Positions 38,578 through 48,394 of a stretch of 64,000 bases of DNA are shown here, one piece after another; within the stretch, counting starts at the first letter, position 1; every line of letters begins with the position of its first letter. The DNA is taken from positions 1-64,000 of the forward strand of contig JBCCQY010000028.1 in assembly GCA_039208735.1 (NCBI GenBank), written 5' to 3'. Under the pieces are notes generated by a model that made no database searches, had not been told where the DNA came from, and was given only the letters and a program-made list of their open reading frames with translations. The DNA comes from Myxococcota bacterium. GTDB lineage: Bacteria; Myxococcota_A; UBA796; GCA-2862545. Both the position numbers and the translations under genes were made by a program.

Positions 38578-41500
38578 GTGCTTAGTTCAGCGAGCACGGA
38601 GTCGAAAAACCAAATCCGTTCCAGCCTTTCTCGATGGACCGGATCCCTCCCCGACTCGGAACGCAGTCTGTTCGACCAGTTCGTCGACGAGACCCTCAAC
38701 CGTTTGCGCGGGCCGTTCCTCGCGCACCATCCGCCAACGCAAGTGCTGGTCTACCTCGAAGAGGCCTTCCGGTTCGTTCGCGGGCGGGTTCCGGGCCAGA
38801 CCCGGGTCGACATCCGGCCCCGCCAGGCCAAGGGCGTCGCGGTGCTGGTTGCGATGGACGATCAGCCCTTCATCGTAGACACGATCCGGCTGTTCCTAAG
38901 GTCGAACCTTGCCGATTACTGGGGCGGCTTCAACCTGGTGTATTCCGCGAATCGGGATGCCGAGGGCCGCCTCGTCGGGGTGGGCCAGCCAGGGGGGCGC
39001 CTCGAGTCGTTGACGATGTTGGAGGCGGATAGTGGCCGACTCGTCGATGACCTTGATCTGTCCCGCCGTACGCTCCAGACGAACCTCGAGCACGGCCAGG
39101 CAATGGTCCAGGACTTCAAGGCGATGACCCGGGCGGTCGAGCGGACCCTCGACAAGTTCGAGCTGATGGCTGACCGCCAACCCGACCGGGCTGAAGCGCT
39201 GCGCGAGACCGCCGCCTTCCTGAAGTGGCTCATGTCCGAGAACTTCGTGTTCATGGGTCTCGACACCAACGCGGGCGAGCCGCTTGGCATCCAGCGATTG
39301 CCTGGGCCCTACCACAACACGCAGGCCGGCGACTGGCCGGTTCCGCACTTCCCCGGAACCGTCTTCGTGCGCAAGGGGCCCATCGAATCGCCGGTTCACC
39401 GGGCCGGACGAATCGACGAAATCTTCATCTCCATCGGACAAGAAGCGATGGAGCAGCAAGAGGTGCAGCTCTTCATCCGCGGCATGTTCACGTACCGCGC
39501 CGTCACGCAGCCTTCGCGCAACGTCCCCATCCTCCGCAAGGTGCTAGGCGAAATCTTGGTCGAGCAGTCGTCCGAGCCCGGCTCCTTCCGCTACAAGGGC
39601 ATCGCGAACGTCTTCGATAGCTTGCCCACCGAGTTCCTGTTCACCGCGAACAAGCAAGCCATCGCCGAGATGGTCGACCTGGTGTTCGAGGCCGAGCAGC
39701 AGCAGGAAGTGGGCGTTACCTTCATCATGAACACGCCCGAAAGTGCGTTTTGCCTCGTGGCCATGCCCAAGTCGCAGTTCGGTGATGAGTTGAGGCGCGA
39801 ACTCGAGCGCGAAATCATCGCCACCACCCATGCGACGTACAGCGACCACGGCCTGTTCATCGGACGCTATGAAACCGTCCTGCTGCACTACTACCTCACG
39901 GGCGTGACCTACCCCGGTGATGCCGCAGTTCAGCGGCTGACCGAACGCATCCGCCAACTCGCCACGCCGTGGCTGGCCCGCATTTGGGTGTCGCTGGCCG
40001 AGCGCTTCGGCGAGCAACGCGCCGACCGCCTTGCCGATACCTACGGTCGCGCCTTTCCGCCCGAGTGGATTCGCACGATTCCGGTCGAGCGCACGGTTCG
40101 CGACATCGAGATGCTCGAGCAGCTCTCCGGCGGCGCCTCGGTCAGCGCGGATGTCTTCGAACTCGATGGTGAGGTGTTCCTCCGCATCTACCAGACTGCG
40201 AACATCGTGTTGTCGCAGCTCCTGCCCGTGCTGTCGAACTTTGGCCTGCGGGTCCTCGATGCCCAGGCCACGCCGGTGACCAGCCGGGGTGGCAAGCTCC
40301 ACATCGACACCTTCCGCCTCCCTGGCGACCGGCCGGTGCTCTTGCGTCGCGCGGGTCGGCTGACCGAAGCCATCACCCACGTTCTCGAAGGGCAGCAGTC
40401 CAACGACCGCCTGAACGGCCTTGTGCTCTCCGCTGGGCTTTCATGGACCCAGGTCGATGTTGTGCGAGCGTATGCTCGCTACAGCCGACAATTGCAAATC
40501 AAGGTGTCGCTTCAACGCATGACCGACATCTTGCTTGGGAATCCTGAACTCGTCTGCGCATGCATGGACCTCTTCCACGTCCGGTTCGACCCGGATCTGC
40601 CGGGCAACCGAACGGCGGCCATCGAGCATGCCGATGAAGTCCTGCGCGACCTCATCCGGCTGATCGTGGCCCACGATGAAGACCTCGTCTTCTCCGCCCT
40701 GCGGGCCCTCATTAAGGCCACGGTGCGTACGAACGCGTACCGCACCGACCGTCCGCACCACTACCTGTCGCTGAAGTTCCGGGGCCGCGACGTCCGCATG
40801 ATGGGCAAGCACCCACCCATGTACGAGATCTACGTCCACAGCCGCGACGTTGAAGGCGTGCACCTCCGTTTTGGTGAAATCGCTCGCGGCGGCCTCCGCT
40901 GGTCGGACCGCGACGACTTCCGCACCGAGGTGCTCGGGCTCGTCACGACGCAACAGGTCAAGAACGTCGTCATCGTTCCCACCGGATCCAAGGGTGGTTT
41001 CTTCCTCAAGAATGCACCCAAGGACTGGGGCGAGCGCCGCAAGATGGCGGATCAGCAATACCAAACCTTCATCCGTGGGTTGCTCGACGTCACCGACAAC
41101 ATCGTCGAGGGACAGCAGGTGGCCCATCCTCGGGTGGTCGTCCACGACGATGACGGGGCGTACCTCGTCGTGGCCGCCGACAAAGGCACCTCGCACCTGT
41201 CCGACGTCGCCAACCGCATCTCCGAGTCGTACGGCTACTGGCTCGGCGACGCCTTCGCCTCGGGCGGCTCCAACGGCTACGACCACAAGAAGGTCGGCAT
41301 CACGGCTCGCGGCGCTTGGGTCCTCGTCCGACGTCACTTCGCCGAGCGAGGGATCAACCCCTATGCCGAGCCGGTCACCGTGATTGGCATCGGCGACATG
41401 GGCGGTGATGTGTTCGGCAACGGGCTTCTCGAAAGCCCACACCTGCGACTCCTTGCCGCGTTTAACCATGCTCACATCTTCCTCGACCCCGATCCCGACA

Positions 41501-43254
41501 CGGCGCGGAGCTACGAGGAGCGCAAGCGCCTGTTCGCCACCCAAGGCGGCTGGGACAAGTACGACACCTCGATTCTGTCGCCCGGAGGCGGCGTGTTCGA
41601 ACGCCGCGCCAAGAGCATCGAACTGTCGCCAACCCTTCAGACGATGCTGAACCTCGAAGCGGAACAGGCCGAGCCCGAGGAAGTGATTCGAGCCATTCTC
41701 AAGATGGACGTCGACCTTCTTTGGAACGGTGGGATCGGGACCTTCGTGAAGGCGACGAGCGAGTCGCACGCCATGGTCGACGACCGCAGCAACAACGCAC
41801 TGCGCATCGACGCCTCCGAACTCCAGGCGAACATCGTGGGCGAGGGCGGCAACCTCGGGTTGTCGCAACGCGCACGGATCGAAGCTGCATTGAACGGGAC
41901 GCGGCTCAACACCGATGCCATCGACAACTCGGGTGGCGTCGACATGTCGGACCGCGAGGTCAACCTCAAGGTGTTGCTCAATCGGGTGGTGGCCCGTGGC
42001 GAGCTGACCGTCGAACAGCGCAACCAGCTCCTCGAACAGATGACCGATGAGGTTGCGACCCTCGTGTTGGCCGACAACGATGCGCAAGGCCGCCAATTGT
42101 CGCGCGACATCCTTCGGTCTCGCGACGATATCTTCGGCTTTGGTCGTGCTATCGCGTTTGTCGAGCAGGTCTTCGATCGCCCCCGCACGCACCTGCAACT
42201 GCCCGACGAAAAGGAACTCGAGCGACGGGCGGCCAATGGCCTTGGACTGACGCGGCCCGAACTCGCGGTGCTCTCGGCTTGGGTGAAGATTTACGTTGCG
42301 CAGGAGCTTCGCGAGCACGCCGAGCGTCTGCCCGGGTTCCGTCAGCTGCTCCACAGCTACTTCCCGGCTCATATTCAGCAGGCCTACCCGCAAGACATCG
42401 ACCAACACCTGTTGGCCACGTCGATCGCAACGACCGTCGCGACCACCCGCATGGTCGCCGACGCTGGCGCGGCCTTTTTCCCGATGGTGATCGAGTCGAC
42501 GGGCGCGTCGGTGCCCATGATCGCCGAGGCCTACCTCAAGGCCCAGCGTCTGGCTCAGACCGAAGAAATCCGCGGGACCCTCGAAGAGCTGCGAGACAGC
42601 GTGAAGCTCGGGGCGTTGTACAACGCTTGGGTCGAGGTCGAAGCCGGCGTACGCGAGGTTGCCCTGTACTGGCTGTCGGCGCAGGGTCGCATTCCCGACG
42701 ACGCGTTGCTGGGCGAGATGAAGGATGCGGCGGGCCAGGTCTACGAGTTGCAGGCGTCGTCGGTCCTCGAGGCCAACGCAGAAGCGGTAGGGAAGCTGCT
42801 GGCCTCGGACATCCCCGAGCCCGTGGCAAGTCGCGTCATGCGGGCCCGCTACCTCAACATCGCCCTCACGGTCTGGGCAGAGGCCCGACGGGCCGGTGCC
42901 GCCTTCGATGTGACGGCAGTACAGCACCTCGCGATTGGGCGGGCGTCGCGCTTGCAAGAGGTCTTGGACGACCTGGCTCAGCGGCCGGCGGCGGGACGAT
43001 GGGAACCTGTTGCGCTCCGCATTCTCCAGGCCCGTTTCCACGCGTTGCTTCAGCAATTGGTTTCTCGGTGCACCATCGACTCCGAGTCACGCTCCGTCGA
43101 TCTCCTAGAGACGGAGCTTGCGTCGGGCGTGCTTTCCAATGTGCGCGCGCAGGTCGATGCGATGTGGACCCCGGGTCGAAACCCTACTGTTGCATCGCTC
43201 CTCGTGCTTGAAGAGCGGGTCAATTCCGCCATCTCGCGGATTGGTGAAGGGTGA
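38578..43254 (+). CDS. Large NAD-specific glutamate dehydrogenase
   Basis: DDQPFIVDT, ARGGLRWSDR, VKNVVIVPTGSKGG, YLVVAADKGT, AFASGGSNGYDHK, GIGDMGGDVFGNG; 1558 aa. Confidence 0.95.
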   Translation: MLSSASTESKNQIRSSLSRWTGSLPDSERSLFDQFVDETLNRLRGPFLAHHPPTQVLVYLEEAFRFVRGRVPGQTRVDIRPRQAKGVAVLVAMDDQPFIVDTIRLFLRSNLADYWGGFNLVYSANRDAEGRLVGVGQPGGRLESLTMLEADSGRLVDDLDLSRRTLQTNLEHGQAMVQDFKAMTRAVERTLDKFELMADRQPDRAEALRETAAFLKWLMSENFVFMGLDTNAGEPLGIQRLPGPYHNTQAGDWPVPHFPGTVFVRKGPIESPVHRAGRIDEIFISIGQEAMEQQEVQLFIRGMFTYRAVTQPSRNVPILRKVLGEILVEQSSEPGSFRYKGIANVFDSLPTEFLFTANKQAIAEMVDLVFEAEQQQEVGVTFIMNTPESAFCLVAMPKSQFGDELRRELEREIIATTHATYSDHGLFIGRYETVLLHYYLTGVTYPGDAAVQRLTERIRQLATPWLARIWVSLAERFGEQRADRLADTYGRAFPPEWIRTIPVERTVRDIEMLEQLSGGASVSADVFELDGEVFLRIYQTANIVLSQLLPVLSNFGLRVLDAQATPVTSRGGKLHIDTFRLPGDRPVLLRRAGRLTEAITHVLEGQQSNDRLNGLVLSAGLSWTQVDVVRAYARYSRQLQIKVSLQRMTDILLGNPELVCACMDLFHVRFDPDLPGNRTAAIEHADEVLRDLIRLIVAHDEDLVFSALRALIKATVRTNAYRTDRPHHYLSLKFRGRDVRMMGKHPPMYEIYVHSRDVEGVHLRFGEIARGGLRWSDRDDFRTEVLGLVTTQQVKNVVIVPTGSKGGFFLKNAPKDWGERRKMADQQYQTFIRGLLDVTDNIVEGQQVAHPRVVVHDDDGAYLVVAADKGTSHLSDVANRISESYGYWLGDAFASGGSNGYDHKKVGITARGAWVLVRRHFAERGINPYAEPVTVIGIGDMGGDVFGNGLLESPHLRLLAAFNHAHIFLDPDPDTARSYEERKRLFATQGGWDKYDTSILSPGGGVFERRAKSIELSPTLQTMLNLEAEQAEPEEVIRAILKMDVDLLWNGGIGTFVKATSESHAMVDDRSNNALRIDASELQANIVGEGGNLGLSQRARIEAALNGTRLNTDAIDNSGGVDMSDREVNLKVLLNRVVARGELTVEQRNQLLEQMTDEVATLVLADNDAQGRQLSRDILRSRDDIFGFGRAIAFVEQVFDRPRTHLQLPDEKELERRAANGLGLTRPELAVLSAWVKIYVAQELREHAERLPGFRQLLHSYFPAHIQQAYPQDIDQHLLATSIATTVATTRMVADAGAAFFPMVIESTGASVPMIAEAYLKAQRLAQTEEIRGTLEELRDSVKLGALYNAWVEVEAGVREVALYWLSAQGRIPDDALLGEMKDAAGQVYELQASSVLEANAEAVGKLLASDIPEPVASRVMRARYLNIALTVWAEARRAGAAFDVTAVQHLAIGRASRLQEVLDDLAQRPAAGRWEPVALRILQARFHALLQQLVSRCTIDSESRSVDLLETELASGVLSNVRAQVDAMWTPGRNPTVASLLVLEERVNSAISRIGEG

Positions 43255-43826
43255 GTCGACTTGCGTTCGTGCGTCATGGCCAATCGTTGGCCAACGCACG
43301 ACGTGTTCACGCGGGCCAAAGCGATGATGATCTATCCCCGCTTGGCATCATCCAGGCTCGTCGCCTGGCCGCGACCCTCGAGGGCTGGACCATCGACCGC
43401 CTCGTGAGTTCGGACCTCAAGCGGGCCGTTCACACGGCGCAGCTGGCCTGGCCGCACGCGACACCACGGCTCGAGACCTACGCCGCCTTGCGCGAACGCG
43501 ACATTGGCGAGTGGGAAGGCATCGCCCGAGATTCACCCATCAAGGGACGTCATCCGAACCGGCTCCTCACCTGGGACGAGGGCCCGCCTGGGGGCGAGAG
43601 TCTTCACCAACTCGCAACCCGGGTGATGAAGTGGTTCATCGAGCACGATGATGGTTCGCGCATGCTCATCGTCGTGCATGGGGGCGTCATTCGATGCATT
43701 CTCGGCTTGCTCGATGACCTGCCCTACGAACACATCGGTGCGTTGAAGATCGCCAATGTGCAGGTCGAGCGGCGCGACGTTTCTCCGGAACGCTGGAGCC
43801 AGCTCGCAACCCGCCTCCGCGTCTAG
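43251..43826 (+). CDS. Histidine phosphatase family protein
   Basis: VRHGQS, SSDLKRA, LRERDIGEWEG, VVHGGVI. Confidence 0.9.
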   Translation: MSRLAFVRHGQSLANARRVHAGQSDDDLSPLGIIQARRLAATLEGWTIDRLVSSDLKRAVHTAQLAWPHATPRLETYAALRERDIGEWEGIARDSPIKGRHPNRLLTWDEGPPGGESLHQLATRVMKWFIEHDDGSRMLIVVHGGVIRCILGLLDDLPYEHIGALKIANVQVERRDVSPERWSQLATRLRV

Positions 43827-44434
43827 GGGTTCCAGCCTTTACCGGGTCGGATGGCCTGGCCCAGTTCGGCCGACGCGGTTTCTCCGAGCACGTCATCGAG
43901 CTGACGACCGAGGTTCACGACGTAGGCCTCTCCGTCGAGCTTGGCTTCCCGAACCGAGATCTCCCCCTCATCGAGCGACTGCTTCAGTTCCACCGTGTAG
44001 TACAGGCTCTCCACCAACATGTCGTGGGCTTCCTTCAGGGCGGCATCGGACAACCCATGCCGCTCGACGACGCGCTCGAGTTCCACCAGCGTGCCCTCGG
44101 AGGCCTGCTCCACCCACTTGTCGGTCGCTTCCTGCTTTTTCACTGCCTCACGGGTCTCGAGAAGCTCCTCGACGGTCGACCCGACGAGGGCCTCCACGTC
44201 GCCCTCTGCCATCCCTTCCGGCGCCGAGGCCGCCACTGCGGCCGCGACGGCCGCCCGAAGCTCCTGCTGCTCGGCGGACGAACGTGACAAGCGTTGCGCT
44301 TGGCTTGCCACCGCCTCCGCCGGTGCCCCTCGAACCTCAGCTTCAAGGCTTGCGATCTGGCGCTGCTGGAGAACCATCCCGATCGTTAGTAGCACGAGTG
44401 CGGCAGCATAAATCCCACCCCAAACCTTCGACAT
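43823..44434 (-). CDS. Hypothetical membrane-anchored coiled-coil protein
   Basis: AAGGAGG RBS; N-terminal TM followed by Glu/Ala-rich helices. Confidence 0.65.
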   Translation of the reverse strand: MSKVWGGIYAAALVLLTIGMVLQQRQIASLEAEVRGAPAEAVASQAQRLSRSSAEQQELRAAVAAAVAASAPEGMAEGDVEALVGSTVEELLETREAVKKQEATDKWVEQASEGTLVELERVVERHGLSDAALKEAHDMLVESLYYTVELKQSLDEGEISVREAKLDGEAYVVNLGRQLDDVLGETASAELGQAIRPGKGWNP

Positions 44435-44572
44435 GCGTCCTCCTTGGTGCCGAAGGCAGGGTAGCGCTTGGCGAACCCTCGACCAGCCCAGCAAGTCGAC
44501 ACACACGCCAAATGTCGGTGTTTTCCCTTGGGGATCGGTCTTGGTAAGGAAACGTGGCCAGCGCGCGAGACC

Positions 44573-45013
44573 CTATCGCGAGAGCGTCGGCCGCTCGCGG
44601 ACGTGGGAGGCCGCCAATCCCTCCTCATCGGCCAATCGCAGCACGTAGGTCTCTCGGATCACCCGTTCCATCTCATAGGTCGCACCATCCGCGGTCTCGA
44701 TCGACCATCCTTCGCCCAAAAACGGCGCTCGGCTCTCTCGGGGGGTGCTCACTTTCAGGAACGCACCGGACTGGCGGTCCTGAAACCAGTACACCCCGGC
44801 TTGGGCGTGGTGCATGCTGAACACATAGGCATCAAAGGTGCCCCGCTCGGTGTGCAAGGCCAACTGCAAGGCATCACATGGCCGAACGGCTCGGCGTGCA
44901 AGGCACGGATCGGCCACACTCGCCTCGACTCCTGCGTCTTCTAGGGCATCCGTGGCATCACTCGAAACGGGAGCAGCAACCGCTGTAAGCGCCAACCCAA
45001 CCAACGAAACCAT
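44573..45013 (-). CDS. Hypothetical secreted protein
   Basis: GGAGG RBS; MVSLVGLALTAVA signal. Confidence 0.5.
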   Translation of the reverse strand: MVSLVGLALTAVAAPVSSDATDALEDAGVEASVADPCLARRAVRPCDALQLALHTERGTFDAYVFSMHHAQAGVYWFQDRQSGAFLKVSTPRESRAPFLGEGWSIETADGATYEMERVIRETYVLRLADEEGLAASHVRERPTLSR

Positions 45014-45110
45014 CTGGGAACCTCCGCAACATCGGATGGTTCCCTCGTCGGGCTTGAAACACTCGCGTTCGACGGCAGAAGGGCTGAGTGCAACGACGAT
45101 GCAACCGGGC

Positions 45111-48100
45111 CTAGGAGCGTCGGCGACGCCCCATCAACAGGCCAAACGCCAACATTCCCAGAGGCCAAGAGGCGCCAAACCCTCCAGTGGAACATCCACC
45201 ATCCACATCCGGCGCAGACCCCCGTTCAGGCAGGTCGTTGGGCTCGCCGTCAGGGTCGCTGGGGTCGTCGGGCTCCTCGACCACAAGGTCCTCGTCGTCA
45301 CAATCCTGGTCGACGCCGTCGTTGGGAACCTCAATGCCCTCGGGATTGACGTCCGGATCCGCATCATCGCAGTCTCCGGGCTCGGTCACCGTGCCGTCGG
45401 GCGGGTCACACGCCTCGACCGCTTCACTCCCAAATCCATCGCCGTCCGCGTCGATGTAGAACGTCTGCGCATCGACTGCATCGTCATCGATCGCGTCGTT
45501 GCAATCCTGGTCGATACCGTCACACACCTCGGTCGCGCCGGGGAACACGCCATCGGCGCCATCGTCACAGTCCGACAGGCCCGTGGGTTCAACCGCGTTG
45601 GGGGGCAAGTCGCAGGCCATCACCTCGTTCGCGGCATCACCAAACCCATCGCCATCGACATCCAGCCAAAAGGCCTGCTCGCCGATGGCTCCAGCCTCTT
45701 CCGCGACCGCATCGCAGTCCTCATCCACGTTGGCGGCGTCGCAGACTTCGTCGGCTCCAGGATGGATGTCGTTGCGCAGGTCGTTGCAGTCCCCATCGAT
45801 GTCCACGTGACCGGCGGGGGCCACACACGCCCTCAAGTTTTGGCTCGCGTTGCCATACCCGTCGTTGTCGGCATCGACGTACCAGACCTGGGCATCGACG
45901 GACTGCGGAGGGTCGACCACGGCGTCGCAATCGTCATCGATCTGGTTGCACACCTCAGCTGCATTCGGGTTCACCGCCATCGAACCGTCGTTGCAGTCAC
46001 CGGCTACCGCCACGAAGCCCGTCGGGGCGACACAGGCCCGCTCGGTCGTGCCAAGGTCGCCAAACCCATCGCCGTCCGCATCGCGGAACCACTGCGGAGC
46101 GCCCTGCGACGTCGGCGGATCGACCACGGTGTCGCAGTCATCATCGATCTGGTTGCACAACTCGTCCGCACCTGGATTGATCGCGGTCACCCCGTCGTTG
46201 CAGTCCGTTCCGTCGGCCACCGTTCCGGTCGGGGCGATGCACGCCTGGGTGGAGGACTGGGGGTCACCGTAGCCATCGTTGTCGGCGTCGGTGTACCAGG
46301 TCGGAAGGTCGACGGGGTTTTCGTCGACGTCCCCGTTGCAGTTGTCGTCGATGGTGTTGCAGCGCTCGTCGGCGTCAGGATTCACATCGCGGTTGGTGTC
46401 GTCGCAGTCCGTTGCATCGGGCACCGCATCGTCGGGTGCAGTGCAGGCCAAGGTCTCAGACCCCGGGTCGCCAAATCCGTCCCCGTCAAGATCGGCGTAG
46501 TAGGGCGTCAAGCCTGGGGTGCCCGGATCGTCGATGACCCCGTTGCAATCGTCGTCGAGGCCATTGCAGGTCTCGGCCGCGCCTGGAAACACGGTGGCCA
46601 GGCTGTCGTCGCAATCCCCGTCGCAGGTCGTGACCCCATCCTGGTCGAGGTCGGAACACGGCCCACCGTTGGGCACCGCTTCCCACGCGTACAGCCGCAG
46701 GTCCGAAAACGTCGCAAACGCATCGACGAGGACCTGGTAGGTCCCGACCCCGGAGGGGTCGAAGGTGCAGCTCTCGCGACTTGTCGGTGAGACCGAGCGG
46801 CAGTCGTAGGTCGTGGTGGTCGGCGTGGTTCCGAGCGAGACGTACAGATCGGCATCGCCGTTATCGCCCACGAGCATGAACCGCACCGCAACCGCATTGG
46901 GGTCCGGGGTGAAGTTGAAGAAGCCCTGCTGGCCCGCGGTCAGTGCGAGCGGCCCCACATCGTCGAACAGCGCATAGGCCGGCGTTCCTGACACATCGAC
47001 AAGATCCCAGCCATCGGACACGGCGAGCACTTCGGCCCCGGGTCCGAACAGATCGAGCGCCGCTTGCTGTGTGGCCGTCCGAGCCTCGGCGAAGGTCGTT
47101 CGTGGGGTCATGTAGGCGGCCAACGCCTGATACCAAATGTCGCCGGCCTCTTCGATGTTCAACGAAGGGTCCGCCACCCACTCGACGAACGCCCGATTCG
47201 CGATGCCCGACGTCTGGTGAACGTCGAGGTTGGCGTTGTAGTTGAGGTAGCTGTCGATGCTCGTGCCCACCGAGGTAGGGTTCGCCATGTTGCGGAAGAC
47301 ACCACCGAGGTCTTCGCCTACAAACCACGTGTTGTTCGTGACGACCCAACCGTCGTTCCAAGCCTCAATGACCGCCGCCATGATGTCGGAAGTCGCTTCG
47401 TTGAGGCCCCCAGACTCTTCGGCGTACACGAGATCTGCCGTCGAATCCGTCACCGCATGGGTGAACTCATGGGCCACCACGTCGAGCGACTGCGAGAAGG
47501 GAGCGAGACTCGAGTTGCCCGAATCGCCGTAGCCAAGGATCGTTCCGTCCCAAAAGGCGTTGGTAAAGTTCGGACCGATGTCGACCACCGAAATGACGGT
47601 AGCGCCTGCGTCATCAAAGCTGTCGCGCTGCTGGAAGGAGTCGTAGTAATCCCAGGCCGTCCCTACAAAGTCGTGAGCATCGTCAACCGATGCGTCACCG
47701 ATGGGCGGCGTGAGTTCGGCTCGGTCAGGGACTTTGGCAATCGAGCTGGAACTGTTCGCGTCGTAGGTCTCTCGGTTCCGGGCCGTCTGTAGGTCGTCGT
47801 AGGCAAGCACCACGCGGCCGGACTGCGCATCGACAAAGGCCACGGGCAACCCCGGGTCCGCCGAAGCAAGATCGCGGAGGCCCACCCGCCAGGCCAAGTG
47901 GTCCACGCCCCGTTGACGCAGCACATGCAACGCAACCTCGGCCACGTCGGCGTCACCGCGCTGGGCATGTTCGCGAGCCCGCCGGATGGCTTCGTCCTCG
48001 GTCAACATGGGTTGGACGTCGAGCGTGAGTCCGTGCAGCAGTCGATCGGTGAAGTGCACGGGCGTTCCGTCGGACGGTACGTGCACCACCATCTGGCCAC

Positions 48101-48368
48101 CCAGCACCGGAATCCCGCGGTGACGCTGATCGAGTCGAATGTGCGCGGTGCCCTGACGATCCAAGAACGTGCGTCGCGCCTCGACTTCGTCAATGTCGTC
48201 GAGCCAGCGGCCATTGGCGAGATGGTCTCTGGCGATCGCCTCGACCTGAATGCGAACATCGGCCGCGGTTGCGTCGAAGCGAGGCGTCTTGTCGAGGCGT
48301 TCCTCGGCGCAGCCCCAAAGTGTGGAGAAGGCCAAGGAAACGACGACCAATGACGGCGAATGACGCAC
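45111..48368 (-). CDS. M4 (thermolysin-like) metallopeptidase with propeptide, PPC domain, MopE-related repeats and MYXO-CTERM-like tail
   Basis: NAFWDG, VVAHEFTHAV, GGLNEATSD, VHQTSGIAN; GDADLYV (PPC); C-terminus GGCSTGG...LAFGLLMGRRRRS. Confidence 0.92.
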   Translation of the reverse strand: MRHSPSLVVVSLAFSTLWGCAEERLDKTPRFDATAADVRIQVEAIARDHLANGRWLDDIDEVEARRTFLDRQGTAHIRLDQRHRGIPVLGGQMVVHVPSDGTPVHFTDRLLHGLTLDVQPMLTEDEAIRRAREHAQRGDADVAEVALHVLRQRGVDHLAWRVGLRDLASADPGLPVAFVDAQSGRVVLAYDDLQTARNRETYDANSSSSIAKVPDRAELTPPIGDASVDDAHDFVGTAWDYYDSFQQRDSFDDAGATVISVVDIGPNFTNAFWDGTILGYGDSGNSSLAPFSQSLDVVAHEFTHAVTDSTADLVYAEESGGLNEATSDIMAAVIEAWNDGWVVTNNTWFVGEDLGGVFRNMANPTSVGTSIDSYLNYNANLDVHQTSGIANRAFVEWVADPSLNIEEAGDIWYQALAAYMTPRTTFAEARTATQQAALDLFGPGAEVLAVSDGWDLVDVSGTPAYALFDDVGPLALTAGQQGFFNFTPDPNAVAVRFMLVGDNGDADLYVSLGTTPTTTTYDCRSVSPTSRESCTFDPSGVGTYQVLVDAFATFSDLRLYAWEAVPNGGPCSDLDQDGVTTCDGDCDDSLATVFPGAAETCNGLDDDCNGVIDDPGTPGLTPYYADLDGDGFGDPGSETLACTAPDDAVPDATDCDDTNRDVNPDADERCNTIDDNCNGDVDENPVDLPTWYTDADNDGYGDPQSSTQACIAPTGTVADGTDCNDGVTAINPGADELCNQIDDDCDTVVDPPTSQGAPQWFRDADGDGFGDLGTTERACVAPTGFVAVAGDCNDGSMAVNPNAAEVCNQIDDDCDAVVDPPQSVDAQVWYVDADNDGYGNASQNLRACVAPAGHVDIDGDCNDLRNDIHPGADEVCDAANVDEDCDAVAEEAGAIGEQAFWLDVDGDGFGDAANEVMACDLPPNAVEPTGLSDCDDGADGVFPGATEVCDGIDQDCNDAIDDDAVDAQTFYIDADGDGFGSEAVEACDPPDGTVTEPGDCDDADPDVNPEGIEVPNDGVDQDCDDEDLVVEEPDDPSDPDGEPNDLPERGSAPDVDGGCSTGGFGASWPLGMLAFGLLMGRRRRS
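45290..46655 (-). repeat. About 7 tandem Cys/Asp-rich MopE-related protein repeats (approximate limits)
   Basis: Recurring (W/Y/F)xxDxDxDG(F/Y)G...DC(D/N)D...(N/H/F)PxAxExCxxxDxDC units. Confidence 0.85.
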
Positions 48369-48394
48369 GGGCCCTCCTGATGCGAGCCGGCATC

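Noticed and set aside
40441..43056. 871-aa minus-strand ORF
   Set aside because: Antisense shadow of the GDH gene, as expected from high-GC codon bias; no recognisable motifs.
44838..46790. 650-aa plus-strand ORF with repetitive V/A/I/R content
   Set aside because: Antisense reading of the MopE-related repeats in the M4 peptidase.
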